DNA of 62,902 nt, the filler included, from Phoronis australis (taxonomy: Eukaryota > Animalia > Phoronida): assembly GCA_002633005.1 (NCBI GenBank). It is 6 parts of 6 records of this genome, joined end to end, with 100 filler letters (N's around TTAATTAATTAA, not from the genome) between each part and the next. Parts side by side here need not be neighbours in the genome. Positions count along the whole stretch, not along the records: positions 60,337 to 62,902 come from NMRA01003599.1; 5 more parts are not named here. The stretch is one strand, 5' to 3'. This document shows, one piece after another, positions 62,038 to 62,902 of the stretch (the first letter of the stretch is position 1; every line of letters begins with the position of its first letter). The notes under the pieces were generated by a model that was given only the letters and a program-made list of their open reading frames with translations, was not told the origin of the DNA and searched no databases. Made by a program: the position numbers and the translations under genes.

Positions 62038-62899
62038 CTAAAAGATTTTGAAAAAATTCAGTACGTGTAAAAACAAGCAAATGTTTTGAAATAATGACGA
62101 TGACTCGCACATTATTAAGGGTTTTGGACAGGAATTGATGCAAGTCACCAGTCACCAGTAGAACTAGCATAACTTTTCTCAAAAATAGATGGATGAATTT
62201 TGGGTGGTGTTTCGTACACCAAAGACAATCAAGACTATGTGCTTTGCTTGAAATGCATGGCGATATCGTAAATTTTCGCGAGTATTTTTGGGTCTATGAA
62301 AAGCAAGTTTGACCCTAATGTCACAGCAACACACATATAATGTACACAGCATGTGGACAAATGTCATAGCACATGTTCAAACAATAGCTAAACAATACAT
62401 TGCAATATAATGCTTATGGCAAGTATGTTCTAGTTAGCTCTATTTCCAAAGTTCCTTCATTATTTGTGTTCATTGATCATCGAAAAATATTATTGAAGTT
62501 GGTGCAACATATCTTTTATTGAAAAAATGAGAAAGTAAAATTTCATATCATGTCCTAAATTGGTGAAAATTGACCGTGATCTCCAAAAAAGAAGACTAAG
62601 TTATTCACAACCCAAGAAATACAGCCAGAGCTTGGGTTGCTTTGTGGTTGTTTGTGTCGTTATTTATGGTGTAGTTTTTATAACCAAGCAGAAGCATACA
62701 GGACTTAAAAAACCTTGCTTGTAAAGGGTGTTCATTTCATGAAAATAATTCCAAATGTCCTCTACCCTTATCTGGAAGTTGAGTAGTAAAGCACAAAGAT
62801 AAAACGCTAATTTAAATGCACATAAAATGCCAGCACAAATTAAGTTTTAGAGGTAACATTAATAAACTTGACTATTATGTAGAGTGCACCTGAACTCAC

Positions 62900-62902
62900 C
62901 AG
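62900..62902 (-). CDS. ETFDH: Last bases of the preceding ETFDH exon at the window edge
   Basis: CTG|GTGAGT donor on the minus strand, phase-compatible with the acceptor at 62037. Confidence 0.5.

Overview
Eukaryotic genomic scaffold from an invertebrate animal (bilaterian, plausibly a lophotrochozoan), not prokaryotic. It is stitched from at least six contigs by five artificial 100-nt N44-TTAATTAATTAA-N44 spacers and has two longer N gaps, so gene order across spacers is unreliable. Host gene pieces: the last coding exon of an LMO/Beadex-type LIM-only gene (present twice, probably an assembly artefact), the first coding exon of an SLC22 transporter, three spliceable exons of a DENND3-like gene, and the 3' exons of ETFDH. 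Most of the rest is transposon-derived. Retroelements: a young 5'-truncated L1/Tx1 LINE with an intact 989-aa ORF and 14-bp TSD (plus a second 3' end at position 1), an RTEX-like LINE, CR1/L2-type fragments, a Penelope-like GIY-YIG tail followed by a minimal hammerhead ribozyme, and a tRNA-derived SINE. DNA elements: Kolobok/THAP, Harbinger-, Tc1/pogo- and hAT-type elements, Helentron-like repeats and several satellites. Most notable observations: a CAC...GTG non-autonomous transposon with an internally verifiable 5-bp TSD (Transib/RAG-like end signature); an in-frame ORF1-TAG-ORF2 junction without an in-frame AUG, suggesting stop-codon readthrough; the hammerhead ribozyme; and a dispersed repeat carrying arrays of near-consensus CTCF motifs. 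All family assignments come from motif recognition by eye; no database searches were run.
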